NCBI GenBank assembly: GCA_004764695.1
Contig: SMSO01000035.1
Coordinates: 868,001 to 932,000, forward strand
DNA: 64,000 bases
Direction of reading: 5' to 3'
Source: Schizochytrium sp. TIO01
Taxonomy: Eukaryota > Protista > Bigyra: Labyrinthulomycetes
The translations under genes and the position numbers were made by a program. The notes below the pieces were generated by a model. That model did not search any database. It saw nothing but the letters and a program-made list of their open reading frames with translations, and was not told the origin of the DNA. This document shows positions 1 to 12,123 of this stretch, in pieces. Within the stretch, counting starts at the first letter, position 1. Each line of letters opens with the position of its first letter.

Positions 1-2015
1 CGGCCTCGTTAGTCGAGATTGCGAGAGCGGGAAAAAACTAGCTCTGCTCAGCTCTGCTCAGGGAAGGCGGCAGGAAATTTTGAAATTTATCTTCAGAAAA
101 GGAGTAGGAGTGGCTAGGGAGGCAGGTAGGCCCGCGAGAAGAAAAGAGAAGAGAACAGAAGAGAAGAGAACAGCGGTTCTGCAGTCAATTTGAACCGTTT
201 TGAAAAACAAAGGCGGATTTGAAGCGGAGCGGATACGGCGACTTTTCAAGCTCGAGCGATGCGCTCTGAGCGGGAGGGAGAGGGCGAGAGAGCAGTGAAG
301 AGCTTTGCCTCGTTCTCGCGGACCCTGCTCCAGCCCAGCGTTCGTAGAGACACCAGAAAACGAGTGAGCCGGAGGGAGGGAAGAAAACCAACCAGCAAGA
401 AAAGCGAGCATCCCATGAGCGAGCTTCGCGTTGGCCGACCTGCTCACTCACCACTCCCTGTCCGTATCCTGGCCGTGCCTGCGATCGTGCTCGCGCCGCA
501 GGGCCGAGGCAAGAATCGCCGCCTCTTCAGCCTCGCTCGCCCGCCCGCCCACCGCGAACCTTGCTTAAGGCAGGACCCTCGCTCGATGCGGCATCCAGGG
601 CGTTGACGTGCCGCTGGTCCTGAAGTCCGTGCACTCGCTGTGCACGGCCTCTCTGCCTGAACGCCAGACGGACGACGAACCGGACGGCCAACTCGAACCC
701 GGAGTCGAACTTGCCGAGGAGCAGGAGGTGCCGCAAGCGCGAGCAGGCAGGCAGACAGGCAGACAGGCAGACAGACGCTCCGCTTCCTCTGCTCGTGGTC
801 CGTGCAGGCAGCGGCTCCGGAGACCTTTTCTTTCCTTCCACTGAAGATCAGCGTTGCGTTCTTGTCTTGCAAGATCTCCAATCCGGAGCAGCTGTGCAGC
901 AGCAAAAGCATTCGCTCGAACTAGACCATGTGTGGCCTGGCGAGGTCGGTCAGCCTCGTCGCGTTCTTCTTCTTGGAGTCTTGGAGTCTTCCGGGCTTGC
1001 TTCTTCGCCAGATTGCGCTGCTTCGGAGTCGCCTCGCCTGGTCTACTCGTGGTGATCTTGCCCGCAATGGAGAGCACTCTCACAAGGGACAAGGGAAGAA
1101 AGAGTCCGTGTATGTGAGTGACTCAACTACCCATGGCCTCCTTGGGAACGGCGACCGGGAAGACTTAGACATCGTTGAATACATAAATAGATTATTAAAT
1201 AGATCACGAGCTAGGGAGACTAGCAGATAGATGGAGCAGGATACCAGCAAAAACTCCGTCGGCGCAGTGGCCAGGAATACATTTGCGAAAGAAGGTCTGC
1301 GAGCCCACGCATGCATGCATGCGTGCACTCATTTATCCATTGCGATTTTCTGTCCCGCGACGTTGCAAACGCTTGAGTGAAAAAGGGCCAGGACACTTCG
1401 AGAAGTGGATCGATCGTCCAGAGACAATTTTGGCGAGTTTTCACTTCGAAGTGACAAGAGGACTCTGAATTTATTGGTTGGTTCCAAGCCAGAGAATAGT
1501 TAGTAGACAGGATCAAAGGATCGAAGGAGACAACTTTTGAGGGCTAAGGACTCCATCGCACTCATCTTAGATCGTCTCGTACAGGCAGTTCATAAGCGCC
1601 TAGGTCTAGCAAGCATCATCCCAACAAAAAGAAGAGACAAAGAAACCTGGAGAAAGGGGTTGAAAAGTGAACTAAGGTTTTCCTCTTCTGTTCTTTCACG
1701 TGGATCTGAAAGTTCCTTTGATTAATTTTTTTAGCTAAAAGAGAAAAGAATGTAAGAAGAAAATACTTTCTGGTTTGATAGAGGAAAAGGTGCCGAAAGA
1801 GCAAATACACTTATTGAAGGGAGGGAAGGCTGGAAGCTGTCTCCTGCTAAAAGGAAGTATCTAAGGTGCAGAAGCAGCGGCACGTGGTGGCCCACCAATG
1901 TACTAGCACTCTGAACCTTCCATATCTGCAATTTCTGCTAGGTAACGCATAGTAGGCACTGCCTACGAGCTGCTGTCATTGAGTGCCCATCACCCTTCAA
2001 TATTCTTTCTTCTGC

Positions 2016-2239
2016 TGTTTGTTTGTTTAAGTTGTTTGTTTGTTTGTTTGTTTGTTTGTTTGTTTGTTTGTTTGTTTGTTTGTTTGTTTGTTTGTTTGTT
2101 TGTTTGTTTGTTTGTTTGTTTGTTTGTTTGTTTGTTTGTTTGTTTGTTTGTTTGTTTGTTTGTTTGTTTGTTTGTTTGTTTGTTTGTTTGTTTGTTTGTT
2201 TGTTTGTTTGTTTGTTTGTTTGTTTGTTTGTTTGTTTGT
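2016..2239. repeat. (GTTT)n tetranucleotide microsatellite
   Basis: Perfect GTTT x51 from 2034-2237, preceded by a short interrupted run. It generates the spurious FVCL/TNKQ ORFs. Confidence 0.98.
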
Positions 2240-2427
2240 ATCTCTACATAGATCTCCATTCAAAGCCGCTCTTCACAAAACCTATCTGCGCAAATGCACT
2301 CCCTCGCGCATGTTTGGCTGGCCAGCTTCTGTGCGCCTTTCTACCTATTGGTGGCGCAACGGCGAGAACCTTGGCGGCTTGAAGACAGGTCGGCCTTGTG
2401 GAGGCGAAGTCTTGGTCTTGAGAAAGC

Positions 2428-2463
<36 letters not shown>

Positions 2464-2464
2464 G
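2428..2464. repeat. (GACA)n microsatellite
   Basis: About 9 perfect GACA units seen directly. Confidence 0.95.
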
Positions 2465-3370
2465 GTAGACAGATGTCTAAGACAGACAGATAGATTCGTG
2501 CCCATCCAAGATAAAGCAAAGAACACTTGGGTGTGCCCACCTACTTGAAAAGGCGGAGGAAGGCACGGGACCTCGAGCCTTGATCGCTTCGAGTGTTTCT
2601 TTTTAGATGGAGCAATCAATCTTCTCCTCGATGGTCACGAAGTGATCAGCTCGCTAGTTCAAGCTAGTGCGGACTTGAGTGCAGCGCAAATGCAGAGCTA
2701 CGGCATGTTCGTGCGCCTGCAATGATGTCAGAAGCAGTAGATGCAATAGGCATCGTCGGAGTGCTCGCTCGATCTTGAAGTTCCCTCCACTGCTGTCCCC
2801 TGAAAATGAAAATAGCACGGAGGCCCTCCCCTTTTAAACTATTAAAACTCTTTGTGGACAGCGTCTGCGAAGCAAGCAAGCAATGCGGTAGCAGGTTTTT
2901 AAATACATTAAATACAGGTAAGTTGGTTTCCAACAACAATCTCCTTTGATTTACAAGTTTCCAAGTCCTTGCATATACGTATGTATTTTCATGATTCACA
3001 TATTTATTTTCATGATTCACATACTTATTTGAAAGAAAATAGAAAGCTTTCACGCAGAAGCATCTGCGGGCCAAATCACTAGTAGTAAGTAAGTAAAAGG
3101 CAAAAAAAAAAGAGGGGAAGAGAAAAAGAAAAGGTATAGGCCTATCTATATATGTTACTTTAAAGAAAAAGAAAAAGAAAAAAGAAAAGAAAAGAAAAAG
3201 CATTTGGCCTGAAAAGCTTAATTCGGAAGAACGGGGCCCTTCCAAGATGAAAGGAAGCTAACTATCTTTGGGCTTTGCTTTATTTGTTTCCTTTCGACTC
3301 TGCTGCATTTGCGTGAGTGCAAGCGAGCGAACAAGCTTGCTTACCAAATGGCTCCAAGGTGACCAACTCC

Positions 3371-3406
3371 CCTGTTCCTGTTCCTGTTCCTGTTCCTGTT
3401 CCTGTT
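3371..3406. repeat. (CCTGTT)n hexanucleotide microsatellite
   Basis: Six tandem CCTGTT units followed by degenerate copies. Confidence 0.9.
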
Positions 3407-4422
3407 TCTGTTTCCTGCCCCCCGCTCTGCTCCAGGCGGCTTGAAACCGCATGAAAGAAGCCTCAGAGACCTTCTTGATTGTTTCTTCGAGTTAGCGACC
3501 TCCATCGCGATGCCCTGCATCGCAGCGTATTTACAATCGAAAACGAAAACGAAAACGAAAACACCGCCTCCTCTTCCGAAGTTCAAAATGGCTCACAAGA
3601 TTCCGCGCCTGTTCTCAAATAACACATTCACTCACTCATTCATTCACTCATGCATGCATTACACAGTACGCACATAACAAAGTATTCAGTTCGCCATCCA
3701 TCCGTCAATCAATCAATCCATCGACCTTCGCTCCAACCAGAGCCCGTGCCACCTCCTTCTCAGCCGTGGACCATGCCGCCAATAGACTGCCTTTGCTACA
3801 GCTTCGTCCTCGAGCATGCACGTCAGGCAGGCAATCAATCCCTCGCTGGCAGCCAGCCTTCGCGAAGACGATGCGAGAGCAGCGCTAAGTAGGTAAGTAA
3901 GTTATTGGCACAGCCAGGTCAGCTGCGCGGAGTTCGACGACTTGCTACTTGGGTTCGGCCGCGCGAACCCAATTCAGGAGCGCATCTCGTGCTGCAGTGA
4001 GTGAGTGAGTGAGTGAGTGACAGACAATGCTCGTGGCCGGTGTGTAGTAACAACCACTCTGCTGCTCCTGCTGCCGCTGGCTGCGATGTTTCAGCCCTGC
4101 CGGCACAAAAAGCGAGCTCCAGAGACAGGCAGACAGGCTTTGCTGCGCTGTGCTGCGCTGTGCTGCGCTGCGATGGGCTGCGATGGGCTCCTTTCCTTCT
4201 CTCTGTGCCGATCTGCCTCGCTGCTGGAGCTGCCGATGATGATGGAGAAGAAGTGATGATGCTGCTGATGACGATGACGGGATGATGACGACGACGATCG
4301 TGGAAAGTACTTTGCAGGAAAAACAAGCTTTTTTCCTTTCATTCTCTTTTAAACTCTAAGATGACATTAACTGTGAACTAATTTTAAATAAAATGTTTTC
4401 GAATTTTACAAGAGTAATTGTA

Positions 4423-4428
<6 letters not shown>

Positions 4429-4515
<87 letters not shown>
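4429..4515. repeat. (CAG)29 trinucleotide microsatellite, non-coding
   Basis: 29 perfect CAG units that are not inside any credible ORF. Confidence 0.97.
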
Positions 4516-4516
<1 letters not shown>

Positions 4517-7500
4517 TGCATGGCATTCCAAAATGGAAATACAGTACCTACTACCTATGAGGAATGCGTACTGGGATAGCGATCTTTCGAATCTTCTGAT
4601 TGACTGGCTGACTAACTGATAGAAAGTGTGGCAGAGGGAAGAATTTTCAAGACGATGAAAAAGGAATTAATTACCTGCTACTACTACTACTATTACTACT
4701 CCTTCCTTCCACCTGAAAGCAGTACCTAGTTTTGGATTCTTTCAAGACTTTAGCCAAACAAAAGTTGGCGTGGCGAAGTATGTATGTCCCTGTCGAGGCT
4801 TGTTTTCTTCATTGAAGACACAAAAACCAGAGCAGCAGGTATATTTACTCTTTGCACCATAAGAAACTAAAACATGGCGGATGTCAAGGCTGGGAAGGAA
4901 AGGAAAGGAAATGAAAGGAAAGGAAAGAACCAATCAACCTAGCTAGCTAGCTAAAAGAATGAAATAAATAAATACACGTGCTAAAATGATCACCCAGCCT
5001 CCACTACCTACTAGTTCCGACTGGTCCTTTAGGGACTATGGTTCGTGATCGCCGCTCTTCCAGCCCGAGTATCCAGCCAGCCGAGCTAGGGCACTCAAGA
5101 CAGGCTTCCTTGTCGGCGGTTTCTTCACGTTACCGTGCGCCATTTCAAGGACAGGCGCAGTGCGTGGGCAGGTGTCACGTCGGCTCGCTCGCGAGGCCTC
5201 TCAGGTCTCGCTTCGATCTCGAAGAGCAGCCCGCCGTCGCTCAAGCTCGCTTCGAAGAATCTTCTTCAATCAAGCTCGCTTGTTTTCTCAACCAAGCCCG
5301 CCATCATCCACCCCAATGACCACCCAGAGCTGCACCACAGAAACGCCAACGCCAAGCGAAGAAGGCAACGCCACAGACACACAGGCAGATAGAGAAATAG
5401 TCGTCGAGAACGAATGAGTGGCTGCGAGGCACCAGCTTCTTCTGCCCTGCGCACGGGTGAGTTGGCCGCGTTGCTCTAGCTAGACTAGGTCTGCAGATAC
5501 AGACAGACAGACTTGGTGCTGCTCCAGAGAGAGAGAGAGATTTTCATTCTACGACTCGTGGGTCGGGGGGCTCCTGGGTGATGTTCAAGCTGGCCTCAAG
5601 CCGTCTGGAGACAGCGGGAAACGGTGGCTTTCCTCGAGCAATCTTGACGAACAAACAAGCAAACAGTCTGTTTGAATGAATGCCTCTTTTGAGGCTCCCG
5701 TATGGGCCCGAGAGTTCCTTTCGTCAATTTCGAGCTATTTCTCTCTCTCGCTACAGTCTGAAAATGATATTTCATTCTTTGAAAAAAAAAACCTAAATAA
5801 TAATATTTTAGCATGGCTATGATTATTATATTTTAAAAATTAAAATCTTTTTTAAACATAACTATAAAAGCTAATATGCACTATATCACTACTGAGATAC
5901 TAGACTAGTCTAGTCGCTTTAGCCAGCGCAGGAAGGGACTACGGTCTAGCGTCCTGGCCCGCAGTTCCTCCATAGTTCCCTCTCTGAGTGTGCCTTCGCG
6001 CGAAGCTTTGAAAGGGGGCGCACTTTTTGTGCAGATGCAAGGTGCACTAAAAGCGTAGTGGGGAGCGCAGGGCTGTGTCCCTTCGCAAGATCTTTTGCTT
6101 TTGGGTGGTGATCTTTCGGCGTTGGTAGTTAGTTACGGAGCAGTAATGACTTGTTTATCATTGGTAAAGTCGCCACTGCAAGCAAGAGGAATGCATGCAG
6201 CAGCGAAGGCCTCTTTGGCTTCAGGAAAGGGGTTCTGTCATAGCTGTTGTAGCGAGGTCGGTTTCTGAAGAAGCAGGCGCGGCGCAGATCGATGGGAGCG
6301 AGCAAGCTCGCAGCTGCTGCGCAGCGCCCTCAAGAGGGTTTTCAGAGTGCAGCTAATCAGATTACACCGAAGCACGTGGCTGGGAGCGGGAAAAAAAGCC
6401 TAGATTTACCAAAAAAAAAATAATTATTTCTTCATCGTTTGTCCTGTCTCACCTTGCCTTGCCTTGGCCACTTATGTAATATTGGCCAACGAGGCCGCCG
6501 CCTGCTTATTAGAAGGCCGAGGAAGGCAGTATCGGCGTGGTTGTGGCACAGCTAACTTGGAGCGGAGTCTTGCTTAGGTCCACCCCATCGCCGAGAACTA
6601 ATTAGCATCCGATGACGTACCCGGGAAGAGGCAGAAAGCTGTGAGGGCTATGCTATTAAACAATTAATCAATCGTCAAGTGAAAACCTTTCTCTTTTGTT
6701 TGTGGGAGTAGTAGAAGATTGATTGGAAAGGTATTTTCCTGAACACTGCTACATCTTTGGTGCGCGCCATCGAAACTTGCTTTTAGAATGAGGTCAGCAT
6801 TGCAAACAGACAGTCGTGATCACGACCCACCCTCATGAGATTGTGTTGGTTGAAAACTCAAGGAAGAGCGCTTACGAGTAAAGGAGCTCTATCATGTAAA
6901 AACTTTTAAACTGTTGAAAAGAAATCGATGAAATAAATAACAAATAGCTACAAACTGCGTAATCGAAAGAAATAGTTTGGTGAATGTTTTAGAAAACAGC
7001 TCGAGTTGGTACTTTGCTTTCAGTGTTTGAAAGTTACAGGAACTACTAGTAAGTTGTTAAAACTTTAAAGTAGGAGCGCAAGTTGGTGGCGTTCTTGCTC
7101 CCAGGTAGAGGCGTGGGCCAATCTTTGGCTGCAGTTTATAGCTGCTCTTAATTTATGCATCGAGTGACTTTCTTCTTTTTTAACATTTCCATGTTTTGAT
7201 CCAACGCGTGCGTATATTGGCGCTTTCTCACACTGGTGAGCGAAACTCGAAGAGTAGGGAGCGCATAGCTGCACCGCATTGGTAACGATATCTCAAAGGT
7301 GCGATGATCTATGTTCATGCCTTACCACGGAGAGCTTTCAAAAGAGCATCTGCAGTGCTTAAATGGGTTTTAGTTATGTTGGGGGATAAACTTCATAGAT
7401 AGGAAGAAAATGTAATTTCCTGCGCGTTTTTTTTTTTAAAAATTTATAAATATAATGTACACTGTTCCGCCTGGGCCGAGCCAGAAGATTCCCTCAGAAA

Positions 7501-10500
7501 TATTATAATTAAGTAACAGCCGCACGAACAGATTCGAAACGCTCGTCGTGCAGTTTGCTTGCGTTCACGTTTTTCAATGTTCTAGTTGCATCCTCAACTA
7601 CAGAGGACAGCATGTATGCGATGCATGGGCATCAAAATGCCACTGTAAAATGCATACTCGAGGGGTTGACTCGCTGGAAAATTTTCCAAAGTACTTAGCA
7701 CATTCAGAAGTACCAAAACCCTATATCATGTTACTATATGAGGAATCTCGCCACTGTCACGCCGAATTGTTGGTTCTGAAGGACATCAACGTGGCAGTTT
7801 TATATAGTTATATCTGTCTCACGGGATTCTGAAACTAGAAAGAAGCAGTTTGGTTGAAAAAAAAATATGAATGGAAGTTATGTGAACATAGCCTATTCAC
7901 AAAAGACTCGAGCAACGTATTTTGCTCCACAAGTAATCACACGCTTTAAGATGATGAGCTTCTCGGTTCTATCCAAATGCGAAACTGCGAGACATTAAAA
8001 TGAGAATTATATTTACTATCTTTTCAAAAAAAAAAAAGTAAGAAAGAAAGAAAAGGAAAGCTTTAAAAGGTCGCGCACTTTCTCTATACAAAGCTATACC
8101 CTTTGCCGGGAACAAAGTGTGCTCGCTTGTCGAGACCATTTGGCCCTTGTTTCTTCCAAAATATTGTTTCTCTGCACAGCGCAGTGGCACTGGACCGTCA
8201 CTATGGTAACTACTCGATTGAAAGTTTAGCCTGGCCTTGCAGTCGCGCAGTAGCAGTAGCTACTTTGGTGTCTGCGCCTTTTGAAGCAAATGCAAAGGAT
8301 GAGTTTGGTAGTACCTAGATCAATGGATTATGCACATAAACTGTTTCAAGATTGAGTTTAAAGTGCAATGCAGTCCTAGCAATTATTGCTCCCACAATGT
8401 ATTGTTCACAGGGACAAAGGATGCCGATCAGGCATGATTGTGCTGTCTTCTTCTTGTGTTTGTTAGTATTGGCTTGCATGAAGGGAAGTTTAAACTTAAA
8501 AAGAATGTGGATCCCATGCTGTACTTTAAACAAGTTTGTTGCTCACAGCAAAGTTAATAAGATATTAAACTGCCATGGTGGCTAGATGAATACAAAATGA
8601 ACATACTTAAAATTCTACTCAATTGATTCATAAAACTTAAAAATTGAGGAAGCGGTTATAGTGGATATAGTAGCTTGCAGTCTTGCCTAAAGATGCACTA
8701 CTGTTTTGATCTTAACAGCATTAGATACAAGAAACAATACACATGTAGACTTGCTACTTCCAATCGGTGCAAAAGTACTGAGTTTGGAATTACCTATTGC
8801 GAGAACGTGAACAAATTGACCCGTTTCAGTAATGATCAAATTATCAAAATCAAGTTCCCATCGTTGTTGTTAAGCTTCACATCAGCAGAGGTTCGTTGAG
8901 TCTAAATAGATTCAAAAAAGAAAAAAAATGTCGATTGAAAGCAAAGTTGGATTTTATCGTTTTTCTTCGATACAGAAATTCATGTTTAAGCTCACAGGAG
9001 TTTGCCAAGGCTCCTGGCAGCTTGACATGATCGTACCAAGTATGTGACGATTCGAACTACCTCGACCGACCAATTAAATGTGTGTATATTTTAATCTTTT
9101 CGAACGCTTGATGGACTCAAATTCCTATTTCTATTTCAGAACCAGCCCATGATAGTTTAAAGAACAAGTTAGCACGTGCCAAAGTGCTCGAGTTCGAAGT
9201 ATGACAGTGGTCTGAACTAAGTGAGATGTTACGTTAGTACCCCATTGGCTTCGTGCGGGTTATGTCTCTCAATATTAATATAGACTTGTTTCATGTTTAC
9301 GTCACCCTTCTAAGTCCCGTAACGGACACATCGATCCGTTGAAAGGGGTTAGGGTCAAGGAGCGCAAAAGGGGGGTAGGCACGGAGAAACTGCGCGATCG
9401 CTTTCTTTTCTGCTACTGCGCGAGCACGCGCGCTAATTTTCTTTCGGCCGTGAACACCGCAGGTGCCCCATCCGCCAGTGAGCTGTGAGTAGGACATAAT
9501 CTATATGTCCCCACCTAGTGCTCCTCAAACGCAGTTGCTTTGCAGTTGATTTGTCTCCTAGCACACTGGATTCTCCACATGGTAGAGTGGCTCTCAAGGC
9601 TGCCTGAGCAAATGCAAGAGATTCGGTAGTAGATGAGATTAGCACTGTGGGCAGTGGAGAGTAAGAGGAGAAAGGAGCAGTGGAAAGTGGTCAACCGATT
9701 GCACTGTTTCCCCCACAGTCACCAGCCTTGCAGCCGCGCAGATGGGGCGCGTTTTTCCTCCCTCCTTCCTTTTCTTTCTTTCTTTCTTTCTTTCATTCAT
9801 TTTTTGTTTAGGTGGTTGTCACGAAGTATCGTGATTCTTCCCTCCGGTGCGGCCGATCGTGAAGCCATCCTTTCAAGTAAGTGATCGGCTGATTGTCACC
9901 ATGGCGATGTCTACAACGCCGCTTTCAATTTCATCAGGCTCGGGGCTCGGTTGAGCGAATTTTCAAGTGTTTCGCTTTTTATGACTTTTTTTAATTAAAA
10001 CGTTTTAAACATAATGTTTTTTTTTTTATTTAAAAAATTAAATAAAACTACTCGAGGAATAGTATTGGAACTTGACGGTGCCTTTAATATTTTACAAAAT
10101 TGAATTGCCATTTTAAAATAAAAATTTAGAAATAGAATTAATAGTAGTAAAAGTTCTGAAAACAAGCACGGCACAAGTAAACAGAAAATGTCTCAAGGGC
10201 AGTAAGTGGTATCGCAGGTTCACAACGACTGCCTTGTCTGTTTGGCTGACGCGGGTGGCGAGCGCGGGGCGAAAGGAAGAGGGGGCGGGAATCTACTATT
10301 GTGCCCGGCTGCCTCTCGGGTTGATGCACTACCACAAATAACTAACTATCCATCAGGCGAGGGACCGGTTGGATATTGGCTAGAAACGAAGCAGTCTAAA
10401 CAACTAGTTTTCTTTGATTGAATGATTATAATGGTTTTATTTTTAAAATAATTCTTTTTAACTAAATTAAAAGTAAAGTTTACTCCGGTCATTACAAAAA

Positions 10501-12072
10501 AAAAAAAAAAAAAAAAGGCTCTTGGAACAAAATATGTTCGAGAATTTTCTTTAGTTTTGGGCGAATGAAGATAACGTGATCTAACAAGTTGAGACAGTTT
10601 AGAAAGCAACTGCGGCTTTCTATGATGAAAAATATTTTTTTGGATTTAGAAAAATTACAAATGTTAAAGGAATAGTAGAGGTAGTCGCTTATCCCCTGAT
10701 GGACTGCACTGTGACGATGACGATGCGGAGACAGCGACGCAGGCAGGAAATGGTGGTTTCTCTTATCATGGTTCGTAAAAATATCCTAGAAGATCTTATT
10801 CTTTTTCCTTTAATAGAAGAATACTAAAACGATCAAGTAAGCCCATTTGAATTACAGGATTATTTACAGTCGTGGTTTGAGAATTGTCGAAGCTTTAATT
10901 TGGCGAAACTTGCAGCACATAAACGATCCTGCCACTTCCATATAACCCAGTGGTTTCTGCTCGTATTGCTGGGCAGACGGCACGGGCCACATACACATTC
11001 GACACGAGGCGAGCAGTTCCGAGCTCTACACAAATTGGACACGAATGAATTTTGAGCTCTTCCGAGCAATCGCTTTCGAGAGATTCTGAAAAAGCGAGGC
11101 GGTGTTCGCGAATTGCAATTACTCTGCAGCCTTTGGAAATCCACCCTGGCGCTCAAGTTATTCCCTGGAGGCAACCTCAATCTTGAAATCGCACACGCAC
11201 GCAGGTCATTTTAGATTCAGCTTCGCTGGCGGTACTGTAGCAGGTCAACCAAAGCAAACAGGCGAACGCAGGAATACACGTACATAGATTGTCCACTTAG
11301 ATCACAATACATACAAACATAGATTCATAGAAGCAAGCACCCACTGCGCGAGCGGTTCAAATGTCCAACCTTCCCGCGCACCGCACGTCTCCTGCAATCC
11401 TCTTCCACAGACAAGCGCGCTCGCTCCCACGCACGGAGGCAGATGGGTGCCGGCACTTGCACAAAGCCCGCGTCGATTGGGATTGAACTGCGCAAGCATA
11501 CCTATTGTGCCAGCGGAGTCCGGAGTGTTGCTTCACCGCGAGCCTCGGTGATGGAGAAATGCTGCTTTGAACCTATTGCCACCGTGGTTACGCAAGACTA
11601 TCTTCTGCTAAGCTCTCTTACGATGACCCATCACCATAATAAGTAGATTCGTAGAGACGTCCTTATATACATACATACATAAATACATAAATTCATAAAT
11701 ACACATACGTAAATGCTTCAGGAAAAACCAGACCATTCGAATCGCAGGAATCAGAAGCTCAGTCTGCCGAGTTTACCTGCGGAAGACCGCAAGCACGCGG
11801 CAACGAGGGGCGCTGCGAGCGAGCGATCAATCGAAATCGATCCGCGAGGCTGCGAGGCTGCTAGATTGCACGAGCACGGGTGCGCGCGCGTGCGAGAGAG
11901 AGAGAGAGAGAGAGAGGACAGCAGTTGGGCTTGCTGTTAGGTAGATCGTAGGTGCACCTATACCTTCCTACTACTGTTGTGCTGGCTAACGAGTGAAAAT
12001 CAGTGCCGCGAGTTCAACTTTGCAAGTTATCGAGTTTGCAAAAAAGGGTCGCGGCTGGAAACCGCGTGGGCT

Positions 12073-12073
<1 letters not shown>

Positions 12074-12118
<45 letters not shown>
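12074..12118. repeat. (CAG)15 microsatellite
   Basis: 15 perfect CAG units. The flanking ORFs are short and lack protein-like content. Confidence 0.95.

Positions 12119-12123
<5 letters not shown>

Noticed and set aside
444-1117. Overlapping GC-rich ORFs on both strands
   Set aside because: No recognisable motif, interrupted by (GGCA/GACA) repeats, and no frame stands out; high GC explains the lack of stops.
1979-2548. ORFs with FVCL/TNKQ/TDRQ repeats
   Set aside because: Translations of (GTTT)n and (GACA)n microsatellites; open only because the repeats lack stop codons.
9345-9356. GGGTTAGGGT (ACCCTAACCC on the minus strand) as a telomerase RNA template or telomere seed, with small hairpins nearby
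   Set aside because: A single 10-nt match is compatible with chance; no supporting promoter or structure could be established, and the organism's telomere repeat is not shown here.
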